From: a bacterium
GTDB taxonomy: Bacteria > Sysuimicrobiota > Sysuimicrobiia > Sysuimicrobiales > Humicultoraceae
Assembly: GCA_041497675.1 (NCBI GenBank)
Contig: JBGQGY010000100.1
Span: 1 to 13,836, forward strand
Length of the DNA: 13,836 nucleotides
Reading direction: 5' to 3'
The position numbers and the translations under genes are program-made. Below the pieces are notes generated by a model. That model was not told the DNA's origin. It searched no databases and worked only from the letters and a program-made list of their open reading frames with translations. Shown here in pieces: positions 6,777 through 13,836 of this stretch. Numbering within the stretch: position 1 is the stretch's first letter; the number at the start of each line of letters is the position of its first letter.

Positions 6777-8185
6777 TGGCCGCTTCGCGCGCGGAGCGGC
6801 TCCTGATCCGTGTCGTGGTCGCGGGTGTGTTGCTTCGCCTGATCCTGGCGGCGCTGCTGCCGGTCGGTGACGATGAAGGGTACTACTGGCTGTGGGCGCG
6901 GCATCTTGCGTGGTCCTACCCGGATCATCCGCCGATGGTGGCGGCCGTCGTGGCCGCATCTACCAGGATGTTTGGCGATGGGGTCTTTGGGATCAGGGCC
7001 ATCAACGTCGTCCTGGCGTCGGCGCTGCCCGTGGCCGTCTACGTCGCCGGCCGCCGCATCTTCGACGCTGAGACCGGCGCGCGCGCGGGTGTGCTTATCG
7101 CGGCGCTGCCCGTGTTGGGTCTCGGCACCCTCATCGCGTCACCCGACGTCCCGATGGCGTTGTTCTGGGCGCTGAGCCTGTGGACGGGGTGGGAAGCCCT
7201 GCAACGCGGAGGCCGGTGGTGGGTGGCAGCCGGCGCGACGATCGGGCTGGCGCTGTTGTGCAAGCTGACCTCCGCCGGCCTGATCCTCGGCCTGGCCGGC
7301 GCGGCGGCGACCGGCGGCGGGCGGCGTGTCCTGCGCGACCGGTGGGTGTACGCCGGCGCGTTCATCGCCGCGGCGCTCTTCGCGCCCGTCGTCATATGGA
7401 ACATGCAGCACCGGTGGCTGCTTGCCGACATCACGCTCCACCGCGAGCGGTGGGTGCTGCCGCGATCGATCCCGGTCAATCTCGTACTCTTCGCCGGGGG
7501 GCAGGTGTTGTACTATGGCCTGCTCGCGCCGATCTTGTGGGCGGCCTGTCTCGCGGCGCTGCGGCGGGCGGGGTCGGCCTGGCGATACCTGGCGTGGATG
7601 AGTCTTCCCGTCTTTCTGGTGATGCTCGCCGCGGCGACGGAGGCACGGGCCAAGCCGCACTGGCCGGCCCCGGGCTATCTGGCGGCCGTCATCGCACTGG
7701 GCGCGCTGTGGCCGCACTGGGTCCGCGCGCGACCGCGGCTGCTCTGGGGGACCGCCGCTGCGACCGCGGGGGTGACGGCGACGCTTGCGGTCGCCCTGCT
7801 GCTTCCTTGGACCAGAGCGCAGGTTACGACGGGAATCGGTCTGTTCGATCGTCTCGCTGACGCGGTCGCCCAGCAGGCCGCTGCGCACCCCGGCCGTACA
7901 GTCATCCTCACCGACCGCTACCAGGCCGCGAGCCACATCGCCTACCGGCTGCGTGAGCGGATCCCAGTGACGACGTTCTATGGTGCATTTCTCGTCTGGC
8001 AGCGCCCGGAGGAGTGGACAGGGTGGCATGCGCTGTACGTCCAGGATGACCCGGGGCATCCCGGGCTGACCATCGGCGCGATGTGCGCGAACGTCCGGCA
8101 GGTCGAGGTGGTTGACCTGGCACCGGACCGCACGCCTGGCCGTCCCGTCAAGATCTTTGCGTGCGACGGCGTGCGGTTTCCTTGA
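6776..8185 (+). CDS. GT-C membrane glycosyltransferase, ArnT/PMT_2 family
   Basis: DDEGYYWLW...SYPDHPP, SPD, LLCK, PVVIWN motifs and many hydrophobic segments. TGATG coupling with udgB. Confidence 0.9.
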   Translation: MAASRAERLLIRVVVAGVLLRLILAALLPVGDDEGYYWLWARHLAWSYPDHPPMVAAVVAASTRMFGDGVFGIRAINVVLASALPVAVYVAGRRIFDAETGARAGVLIAALPVLGLGTLIASPDVPMALFWALSLWTGWEALQRGGRWWVAAGATIGLALLCKLTSAGLILGLAGAAATGGGRRVLRDRWVYAGAFIAAALFAPVVIWNMQHRWLLADITLHRERWVLPRSIPVNLVLFAGGQVLYYGLLAPILWAACLAALRRAGSAWRYLAWMSLPVFLVMLAAATEARAKPHWPAPGYLAAVIALGALWPHWVRARPRLLWGTAAATAGVTATLAVALLLPWTRAQVTTGIGLFDRLADAVAQQAAAHPGRTVILTDRYQAASHIAYRLRERIPVTTFYGAFLVWQRPEEWTGWHALYVQDDPGHPGLTIGAMCANVRQVEVVDLAPDRTPGRPVKIFACDGVRFP

Positions 8186-8194
8186 CCGGCGGTT

Positions 8195-8203
8195 TGCTAT
8201 AAT
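8195..8203 (+). promoter_or_regulatory. Extended -10 promoter for tRNA-Val
   Basis: Perfect TGCTATAAT 16 nt before the tRNA. No correctly spaced -35 box. Confidence 0.65.
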
Positions 8204-8219
8204 GGAGGATACCCTCTGT

Positions 8220-8294
8220 GGGCGGTTAGCTCAGTGGTAGAGCGCATCCTTCACACGGATGAGGTCACAGGTTCAAGACCTGTACCGCCCACCA
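8220..8294 (+). tRNA. tRNA-Val (anticodon CAC)
   Basis: Cloverleaf: acceptor GGGCGGT/ACCGCCC, D arm GCTC/GAGC, anticodon arm CATCC-TTCACAC-GGATG, T arm ACAGG-TTCAAGA-CCTGT, encoded ACCA. Confidence 0.97.
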
Positions 8295-8464
8295 TTACTC
8301 TATAATCTTCCTTGAATCTCCAGGGAATTAGCAGGAATTCGACACCCATATTCCCTAAAACTTCATCTGGTCTCAGGTTCGGTAGCATTTGGGCACACTC
8401 TATCGAAGGGGCACGAGGCCGGATTTCGTCAGACGTCCCCACCTAGCTGATTTGAGGAGTGCTA

Positions 8465-10081
8465 ATGATACGCCCTACCACTAGCAACGATCCCTGGTGG
8501 CTCCGGTTTCTTCTGGTCACCGTGGTCTTTGGCATCGCCTACAGCCAGTTCTCGCTGTTCTTCCTGGCACAAAACGAGTACTTCTTCTACGGGCTGGCCC
8601 GCGCGGGCTACGGGTTCATCAAAGACGATTGGCTGGCGCAGTCCGCCGACTCGTGGCCGCTCTTCAGCATGCTGATCCAGGCGACGCACCAGTATCTCGA
8701 TCTGCGCCTCGTGTACGTCTACTACGTCGTCGTCCTCGGCATCTACGCCTACGCGCTGCTGGGGATCGCGTCCACGCTGTTTGGCATCGACAAGACGCGG
8801 CCCCGGTACCTGGTAGCCCTGGCGCTGCTCACCGCATTGCACGCGCCCATCGCGGCCTTTGTGTCGAGGCGGCTCTTTGGGTTCCCGCTGACCAGGGAGT
8901 TGATCGGTGGCGTGGCGTCCCAGCGTATTCTCTGGGAGATGTTCCAACCCGGGGCGTTTGGAGCGCTGATGCTCCTGTCCATCCATCTGTTCCTGCGGGG
9001 ACGATGGGTCGCGGCGGCCGTGTTGCCTCCTCTTGCGGCGGCATTCAATCCGACCTACGCGTTGGCGGCCGGCGTGCTGACCCTTTCCTATATGGTCATC
9101 ATCGTCCGGAGGGGCGATGGGGTGCGCAAGGCGGCGGGTCTAGGGCTGGTGTCGTTCGTCGCCATCCTACCGGTGCTCATCCACGGCTACCTGGCGTTCC
9201 GTCCTACGGATCGGCAGCTCTGGGCCGAGGCGCGCGAGATCCTGGTGCACTTCCGATTGGCCCGGCATGCGCTCCCCTCAACGTGGCTGGGGTTCGCGGT
9301 GTATCTGAAGATTGCAGTTGTGGTAGCTGGCATCTTCGCGCTGCGGCGCACGCCGCTGGCGTGGGTGCTGGGGATCGGTCTGGTCGTGGGCGCCGGTGGC
9401 ACGTTGCTGCAGGTAGCCACCGGAAACACGGTGCTGGCGCTGCTCTACCCGTGGCGGATGTCCGTGCTCGTGGTCCCGCTGGCGTCGTCGCTTCTGCTGT
9501 TGTGGGGCGGGCAGGCGCTCGTGGAATCCATCGAGCGCCGCGCGCCAACACGCGTGCCCCTGCTGGCGCTGCTGGCGGCCGCGCTGTCGATCGCGCTCGT
9601 GGCCGCCGGGATTGGAACCACCGTGCTGCGGTTCGGGCAGAAAATCGAAGGGGATGAGACCGTCGGGTTGTTGCGGTACGTCGAGACGCACCGGGCGGCG
9701 AAGCAAATGTACGTGGTCCCCGTCGATTGGCGAAACTTCCGGATGTTCGCCGGTGTCCCGGTGCTTGTCGACTACCGGTTTGTTCCTTACAACGACACCG
9801 CCGTCATCGAGTGGTATCATCGGATCAACCTGGCGAATGAGTTCTATCATACGGGGGCCGAGCTCCGTTGTCAGAAGGGGCGCGAACTTGTCAGCAAGTA
9901 CGGCGTGACGCACGTCGTGATGGCCCAACCCATCCCGGAGGGAACACGACGGCCATCACGCAACGCGGATCACGAGGCCCCGCCGGCGAATCTCGAGGCG
10001 CCGTATCCCATGGACACCTGCCCTCACTGGAAACTCCTCTACGAGGATCGACGGTCGGCCCTGTACTCTATCACTGACTAG
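8465..10081 (+). CDS. Polytopic membrane protein, DUF6798-like C-terminus, probable GT-C fold
   Basis: RBS GAGGAG (8454-8459) favours ATG 8465. Many hydrophobic helices, N-terminal QNEY...DDWL loop, and C-terminal FRMF..VPVLVDY.FVP....VIEWYHR...YGVTHVV. The family call is from memory of this motif pattern. Confidence 0.7.
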   Translation: MIRPTTSNDPWWLRFLLVTVVFGIAYSQFSLFFLAQNEYFFYGLARAGYGFIKDDWLAQSADSWPLFSMLIQATHQYLDLRLVYVYYVVVLGIYAYALLGIASTLFGIDKTRPRYLVALALLTALHAPIAAFVSRRLFGFPLTRELIGGVASQRILWEMFQPGAFGALMLLSIHLFLRGRWVAAAVLPPLAAAFNPTYALAAGVLTLSYMVIIVRRGDGVRKAAGLGLVSFVAILPVLIHGYLAFRPTDRQLWAEAREILVHFRLARHALPSTWLGFAVYLKIAVVVAGIFALRRTPLAWVLGIGLVVGAGGTLLQVATGNTVLALLYPWRMSVLVVPLASSLLLLWGGQALVESIERRAPTRVPLLALLAAALSIALVAAGIGTTVLRFGQKIEGDETVGLLRYVETHRAAKQMYVVPVDWRNFRMFAGVPVLVDYRFVPYNDTAVIEWYHRINLANEFYHTGAELRCQKGRELVSKYGVTHVVMAQPIPEGTRRPSRNADHEAPPANLEAPYPMDTCPHWKLLYEDRRSALYSITD

Positions 10082-10824
10082 ACGTCGATTCGCTTCCCAT
10101 CTTCGGCGTACTCGCAGCCAAGAGCTGCGACCTTGCTCAGCATCTCTGCGCCCATGTGCGTGACGATCCAGCGCTTGGGTCGCAACTCGTGCAGGTGGGC
10201 CGACAAGGTCTGATAGTCGAGGTGGTACTTGACTGGCTTGTCGCAAGCGTACGCTTCAACAATAAACAAGTCGGCATCTCTCGCTGCAACGATGAGGGTG
10301 TTGGTCCAGTCGGTGTCGCCCGAGTACGCGATGACCTTCCCACTGCATTCGATCCGCAGCGCGTGTGCCGGAGCTCCGGATGGATGGTTGACGAGATATG
10401 GGGTCGCCGCGAAACCCTCAAAGGGCTGGCGGCGTCCCGGCTCCATCTCGACGACGTCCAGCCTGAAGCGACGCTCGACGGTCGACGACCCCGAGAACAT
10501 GACCTCCATCATCTGCATGAGGCGGGTGTGCGTACCGTCCGGTCCGGCGATGACCAGCGGCGTCGTGCGCTTGCTGATGAGTTGGGCGTCGAGGATGAGG
10601 AACGGGAGGCCGGCGATGTGGTCGCCGTGCAGGTGCGAGAGGAGCACCAGGCCGATCGTGTTCGGATCGATGCTCAGGCGGCGCATGGCAATCAGTGCTG
10701 TCGCGCCACAGTCGACAAGGGCGCTTCGGTCTTCGGCCCGCAGCAGGACGCACGTCTGCAGGCGCCCGCCGCTGCCAAACGCATCTCCGGTTCCCAAAAA
10801 CACGACCTGTACTGACGCAGCCAC
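10078..10824 (-). CDS. MBL-fold metallo-hydrolase (RNase Z/BN-like family)
   Basis: FLGTGDAFGSGGR, LVDCG, SHLHGDH (HxHxDH), YSGDT, and THM motifs. GTG at 10824 has GAGGAG 6 nt upstream. 4-nt convergent overlap (CTAG) with the previous gene. Confidence 0.9.
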   Translation of the reverse strand: MAASVQVVFLGTGDAFGSGGRLQTCVLLRAEDRSALVDCGATALIAMRRLSIDPNTIGLVLLSHLHGDHIAGLPFLILDAQLISKRTTPLVIAGPDGTHTRLMQMMEVMFSGSSTVERRFRLDVVEMEPGRRQPFEGFAATPYLVNHPSGAPAHALRIECSGKVIAYSGDTDWTNTLIVAARDADLFIVEAYACDKPVKYHLDYQTLSAHLHELRPKRWIVTHMGAEMLSKVAALGCEYAEDGKRIDV

Positions 10825-10939
10825 GCCCGTCTCCTCGTTGGGGCCCGGTGTGCAACTCCCGCCCATGTACCTTTCGACGCCGCGCCCGCCGACCCTGAAA
10901 ATCTGGACAGTCCGGGCCGTTTCAAGATAGTGTGAAAGG

Positions 10940-12043
10940 ATGAAGGATCCGCGCATTACCCGCCTCGCGCAGGTGCTCGTGCACTACTCGATCGACGTCA
11001 AACCCGGCACGCTCGTCCGCGTTGCCGGGCCGGCTTTCGCGGCCCCGCTGATCACCGCCGCATATCATGAGGCCCTGGCCGCCGGCGCGCACGCGTATAC
11101 CCGCGTCACGATCGACGAAATTGACGAGATCTTTTACAAACACGCGAGCGACGAGCAGCTGCGCTTTGTCTCACCGTTGCTGCCGCACGAATACGACGTG
11201 CTCGATGGTGATGTCGGCATCTGGGGCGCGTGGAATACGCGTGGACTCTCGGGGGTAGATCCCAAGCGGCAGGCCATGCGCCGTGAGGCCACGCGCGACC
11301 TCCAGCGCCGCTATCTCGAGCGGGCCTCACGCGGCGAACTGCGGTGGGTCGGCACCCAATATCCGTCCTTGGCCGACGCGCAAGAAGCCGACATGTCGCT
11401 GTCCGAGTATGAGGATTTCGTCTTCAGCGCCGGGCTGCTCGACCACCCTGACCCCATCGCCTCGTGGCAGCGGGTGCGGGCCGAGCAAGACCGGGTCATC
11501 AAGATCCTGCAAACGAGGAACGAGCTCGTCCTGCGCGGGCCGCACGTCGATCTGACGGTGCGCGCCGGCGGCCGCAAGTGGATCAATGCCGCGGGCGAGC
11601 ACAATTTCCCCGACGGCGAGATCTTTACCGGACCGGTCGAAGGGGAGACGCGCGGCTGGGTCCGGTTTTCCTTTCCCGCCATCCACAGCGGCCGCGAGGT
11701 GCAGGGGGTGACGTTGCGGTTTGCGGAGGGGCGCGTCGTGGACGCGACGGCCGACAAGGGTTTGGAGTTTCTCACGGCGATGTTAAACTTGGACGCCGGG
11801 GCACGTATTTTGGGCGAATTCGCGTTCGGGCTCAACTACGGCATCCAGCGCTTTACGCGCAACATCCTCTTCGACGAGAAGATCGGCGGGACGATCCACA
11901 TGGCCCTCGGCGCGGGCTACCCCGAGACCGGGTCGGCCAACACATCAGGTCTGCACTGGGACATGATCTGCGACCTGCGGCAGGACAGTGAGGTACGGGC
12001 GGATGGTGAGGTGATTTACCGGAACGGGAAGTTCTTGCTGTGA
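10940..12043 (+). CDS. Aminopeptidase, M29 (AmpS/aminopeptidase T) family
   Basis: DPR...LA.VLV.YS start, NFPDGEIFTGP, LGEFAFG, LFDEKIGGTIHMALG, and HWDMI motifs. Confidence 0.95.
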   Translation: MKDPRITRLAQVLVHYSIDVKPGTLVRVAGPAFAAPLITAAYHEALAAGAHAYTRVTIDEIDEIFYKHASDEQLRFVSPLLPHEYDVLDGDVGIWGAWNTRGLSGVDPKRQAMRREATRDLQRRYLERASRGELRWVGTQYPSLADAQEADMSLSEYEDFVFSAGLLDHPDPIASWQRVRAEQDRVIKILQTRNELVLRGPHVDLTVRAGGRKWINAAGEHNFPDGEIFTGPVEGETRGWVRFSFPAIHSGREVQGVTLRFAEGRVVDATADKGLEFLTAMLNLDAGARILGEFAFGLNYGIQRFTRNILFDEKIGGTIHMALGAGYPETGSANTSGLHWDMICDLRQDSEVRADGEVIYRNGKFLL

Positions 12044-12050
12044 CGCCGGG

Positions 12051-12323
12051 TCAGGCGCGCTCGAACTCTTCGACCAGACCGTCGAAGTACTGATGCCACT
12101 CGTCGCTGACCTGGTCTTCCATTTCGGCGTACCGGTGATGTTCCATGGCTTTGGTGTGGATGTTTTCGACCATGTTCGCTTCGATCTCACGGAGAAAGGC
12201 GATGATGTCGTCGCGAGAGAACTCGCCGAACTCCCCCGCCTTGAGCCGGCGGACGAACTCGTCGAGACTTCGCATCTCGACCTGACAGCACTGTTCGTAC
12301 ATTTCCCACAGCCGCTCACTCAT
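12051..12323 (-). CDS. Small acidic hypothetical protein
   Basis: Fills the gap between two + strand genes. GAGGGA RBS, GC3-rich codons, amphipathic-helix-like composition. Confidence 0.8.
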   Translation of the reverse strand: MSERLWEMYEQCCQVEMRSLDEFVRRLKAGEFGEFSRDDIIAFLREIEANMVENIHTKAMEHHRYAEMEDQVSDEWHQYFDGLVEEFERA

Positions 12324-12412
12324 CGGCGTCCCTCGCCGCTGCGATTAGTGGCGATGTTCGAGCGGCCGCGTGATATTCCTTCCTTTCGGTCGCGACAAGT
12401 TGGGAGCAGGCG

Positions 12413-13690
12413 ATGACGTACGAAACGATCTTCACCATGGATACCTCGAGCATCAAGTACGGGCCGGGTGCGACCCGCGAGGTCGGACACGAGATGAGCG
12501 CGCAGGGCGCGCGCCGCGTCATGGTGCTGACGGATCCCAACCTGTCGGCGAGCGCCACCGTGGCCGTCTCGCTCGAGTCGCTGCGGGCCGCGGGCGTCGA
12601 AGCTGTACGTTACGATCGCGTCCGGGTCGAGCCCACGGACGCGTCGTTTCAAGACGCGATTCGATTCGCTGTGGACGGCCGCTTCGACGGCTTCGTCGCG
12701 GTCGGCGGCGGCTCGACGATGGATACCGCGAAAGCTGCCAACCTCTACGCGACGCACCCCGCGCCGCTTCTCGCCTACGTGAACCCGCCGATCGGCGAAG
12801 GTCGCCCGGTCCCGGGACGCCTGCGACCGCTGATCGCGGTCCCGACGACGGCCGGTACCGGCAGCGAGACGACCGGGGTGGCCATTTTCGACTTCACCGA
12901 ATTGCACGCGAAGACGGGTATCGCGCACCGCGCGCTGCGCCCGGTGATGGGCATCATCGATCCCGACAACACCCGGACGCTCCCGAAGATGGTGGCGGCC
13001 TGCTCAGGGCTCGACGTCCTCTCGCACGCCATTGAGTCGTTCACGGCGCTCCCGTATGATCAGCGGCCGGCGCCGGACAGCCCCGCACTGCGCCCGGCGT
13101 ATCAGGGGGCGAATCCGATCAGCGACCTGTGGGCGGGCCGGGCGATCGAGATGGTCTCAGACTATCTGCTGCGCGCCGTGTATGATCCGGCCGACGACGA
13201 GGCGAGGTCGCAGATGCTACTCGCCGCGGCGTTTGCGGGTATCGGGTTTGGCAACGCCGGCGTGCACCTTCCGCACGGCATGTCCTATCCGGTGTCGGGG
13301 CTGGTGAAGACCTACCGGCCCGAGGGGTACCGGGTCGATCACCCGATGGTGCCGCACGGCCTGTCGGTGATCCTCTGCGCGCCCGCGGTGTTTCGGTTCA
13401 CGGCGCAGGCGAATCCCGGGCGGCACCTCCGGGCGGCCTTGCTCTTGGGCGCCGACGTCCGGGGCATACCAGCCGATCGCGCGGGCGCGGTGCTCGCGGA
13501 GACGATCATCGGGCTGATGCGGAAACTCGAACTGCCCAACGGGTTGCGGGCGATCGGCTACGGGCCCGACGACGTGGACGCCCTTGTGACCGGGACACTG
13601 CCGCAGCACCGGGTGACGAAGCTCTCACCGCGGCCGGCGGGTGAGGCGGAGCTGAAGCAACTCTTCCTCGACTCGATGACGTTGTGGTGA
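12413..13690 (+). CDS. Hydroxyacid-oxoacid transhydrogenase (iron-containing alcohol dehydrogenase family, ADHFE1/HOT-like)
   Basis: GGGSTMDTAKA, PTTAGTGSETT, DVLSHAIES, RPAYQGANP, GVHLPHGMSYP and PHGLSV motifs. GGAG RBS. Confidence 0.92.
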   Translation: MTYETIFTMDTSSIKYGPGATREVGHEMSAQGARRVMVLTDPNLSASATVAVSLESLRAAGVEAVRYDRVRVEPTDASFQDAIRFAVDGRFDGFVAVGGGSTMDTAKAANLYATHPAPLLAYVNPPIGEGRPVPGRLRPLIAVPTTAGTGSETTGVAIFDFTELHAKTGIAHRALRPVMGIIDPDNTRTLPKMVAACSGLDVLSHAIESFTALPYDQRPAPDSPALRPAYQGANPISDLWAGRAIEMVSDYLLRAVYDPADDEARSQMLLAAAFAGIGFGNAGVHLPHGMSYPVSGLVKTYRPEGYRVDHPMVPHGLSVILCAPAVFRFTAQANPGRHLRAALLLGADVRGIPADRAGAVLAETIIGLMRKLELPNGLRAIGYGPDDVDALVTGTLPQHRVTKLSPRPAGEAELKQLFLDSMTLW

Positions 13691-13704
13691 AACGTGGGCG
13701 CGGC

Positions 13705-13734
13705 TTGACCGGGCCGTCGATGGGTAGATAGACT
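13705..13734 (+). promoter_or_regulatory. sigma70-type promoter for tRNA-Thr
   Basis: TTGACC (13705-13710), 18-nt spacer, TAGACT (13729-13734), 14 nt before the tRNA. Confidence 0.65.
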
Positions 13735-13748
13735 TAGGTGTGCCGCGA

Positions 13749-13823
13749 GCCGGCGTAGCTCAGTGGTAGAGCAGCGCACTCGTAATGCGCAGGTCACGAG
13801 TTCGACTCTCGTCGCCGGCTCCA
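13749..13823 (+). tRNA. tRNA-Thr (anticodon CGT)
   Basis: Acceptor GCCGGCG/CGCCGGC, D arm GCTC/GAGC, anticodon arm GCGCA-CTCGTAA-TGCGC, T arm ACGAG-TTCGACT-CTCGT, encoded TCCA. Confidence 0.97.
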
Positions 13824-13836
13824 GTCCGATCACGCG

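Noticed and set aside
8182..8187. TTGACC as the -35 box for the tRNA-Val promoter
   Set aside because: Only 10 nt from TATAAT, which is incompatible with sigma70 spacing.
8251..8442. Minus-strand ORF ending MVGGTGLEPVTSSV, and similarly 13558-13833 (EPATRVELVT)
   Set aside because: These are typical antisense translations of tRNA genes.
8497..9657. 386-aa alternative-frame ORF and other long overlapping or antisense ORFs (1393-2145, 3643-4623, 7139-8059)
   Set aside because: Stop-poor shadow frames of GC-rich genes, with no recognisable motifs.
10801..10812. CACGACCTGTAC resembling the tRNA-Val T-arm (CAAGACCTGTAC) as a possible attR
   Set aside because: Only 11/12 nt match, inside a coding region, and not extending to the acceptor stem or CCA. 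Probably chance.
10825..10956. N-terminal extension of the MBL hydrolase from the ORF track
   Set aside because: It would overlap the divergent aminopeptidase start. GTG 10824 has a strong RBS and directly precedes the conserved fold.

Overview
GC-rich bacterial chromosomal window, mostly housekeeping and envelope genes. In order: a 5'-truncated aldo/keto reductase; an 83-aa signal-peptide protein built of acidic 14-aa tandem repeats; a convergent Tat-signal heme peroxidase with a c-di-GMP-I (GEMM) riboswitch, leader terminator and sigma70-type promoter; a PaaK/CapK-like adenylate-forming enzyme; a YdcF/DUF218 protein; a coupled operon (hypothetical, family-5 uracil-DNA glycosylase, ArnT/PMT-like glycosyltransferase); tRNA-Val(CAC) followed by an AT-rich stretch; a DUF6798-like membrane protein; an MBL-fold hydrolase; an M29 aminopeptidase; a small acidic hypothetical protein; a hydroxyacid-oxoacid transhydrogenase; and tRNA-Thr(CGT). 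The most interesting elements are the secreted multi-repeat peptide precursor (877-1128) and the riboswitch-controlled exported peroxidase (1201-2985). All family calls come from motifs recognised by eye; no database searches were run.
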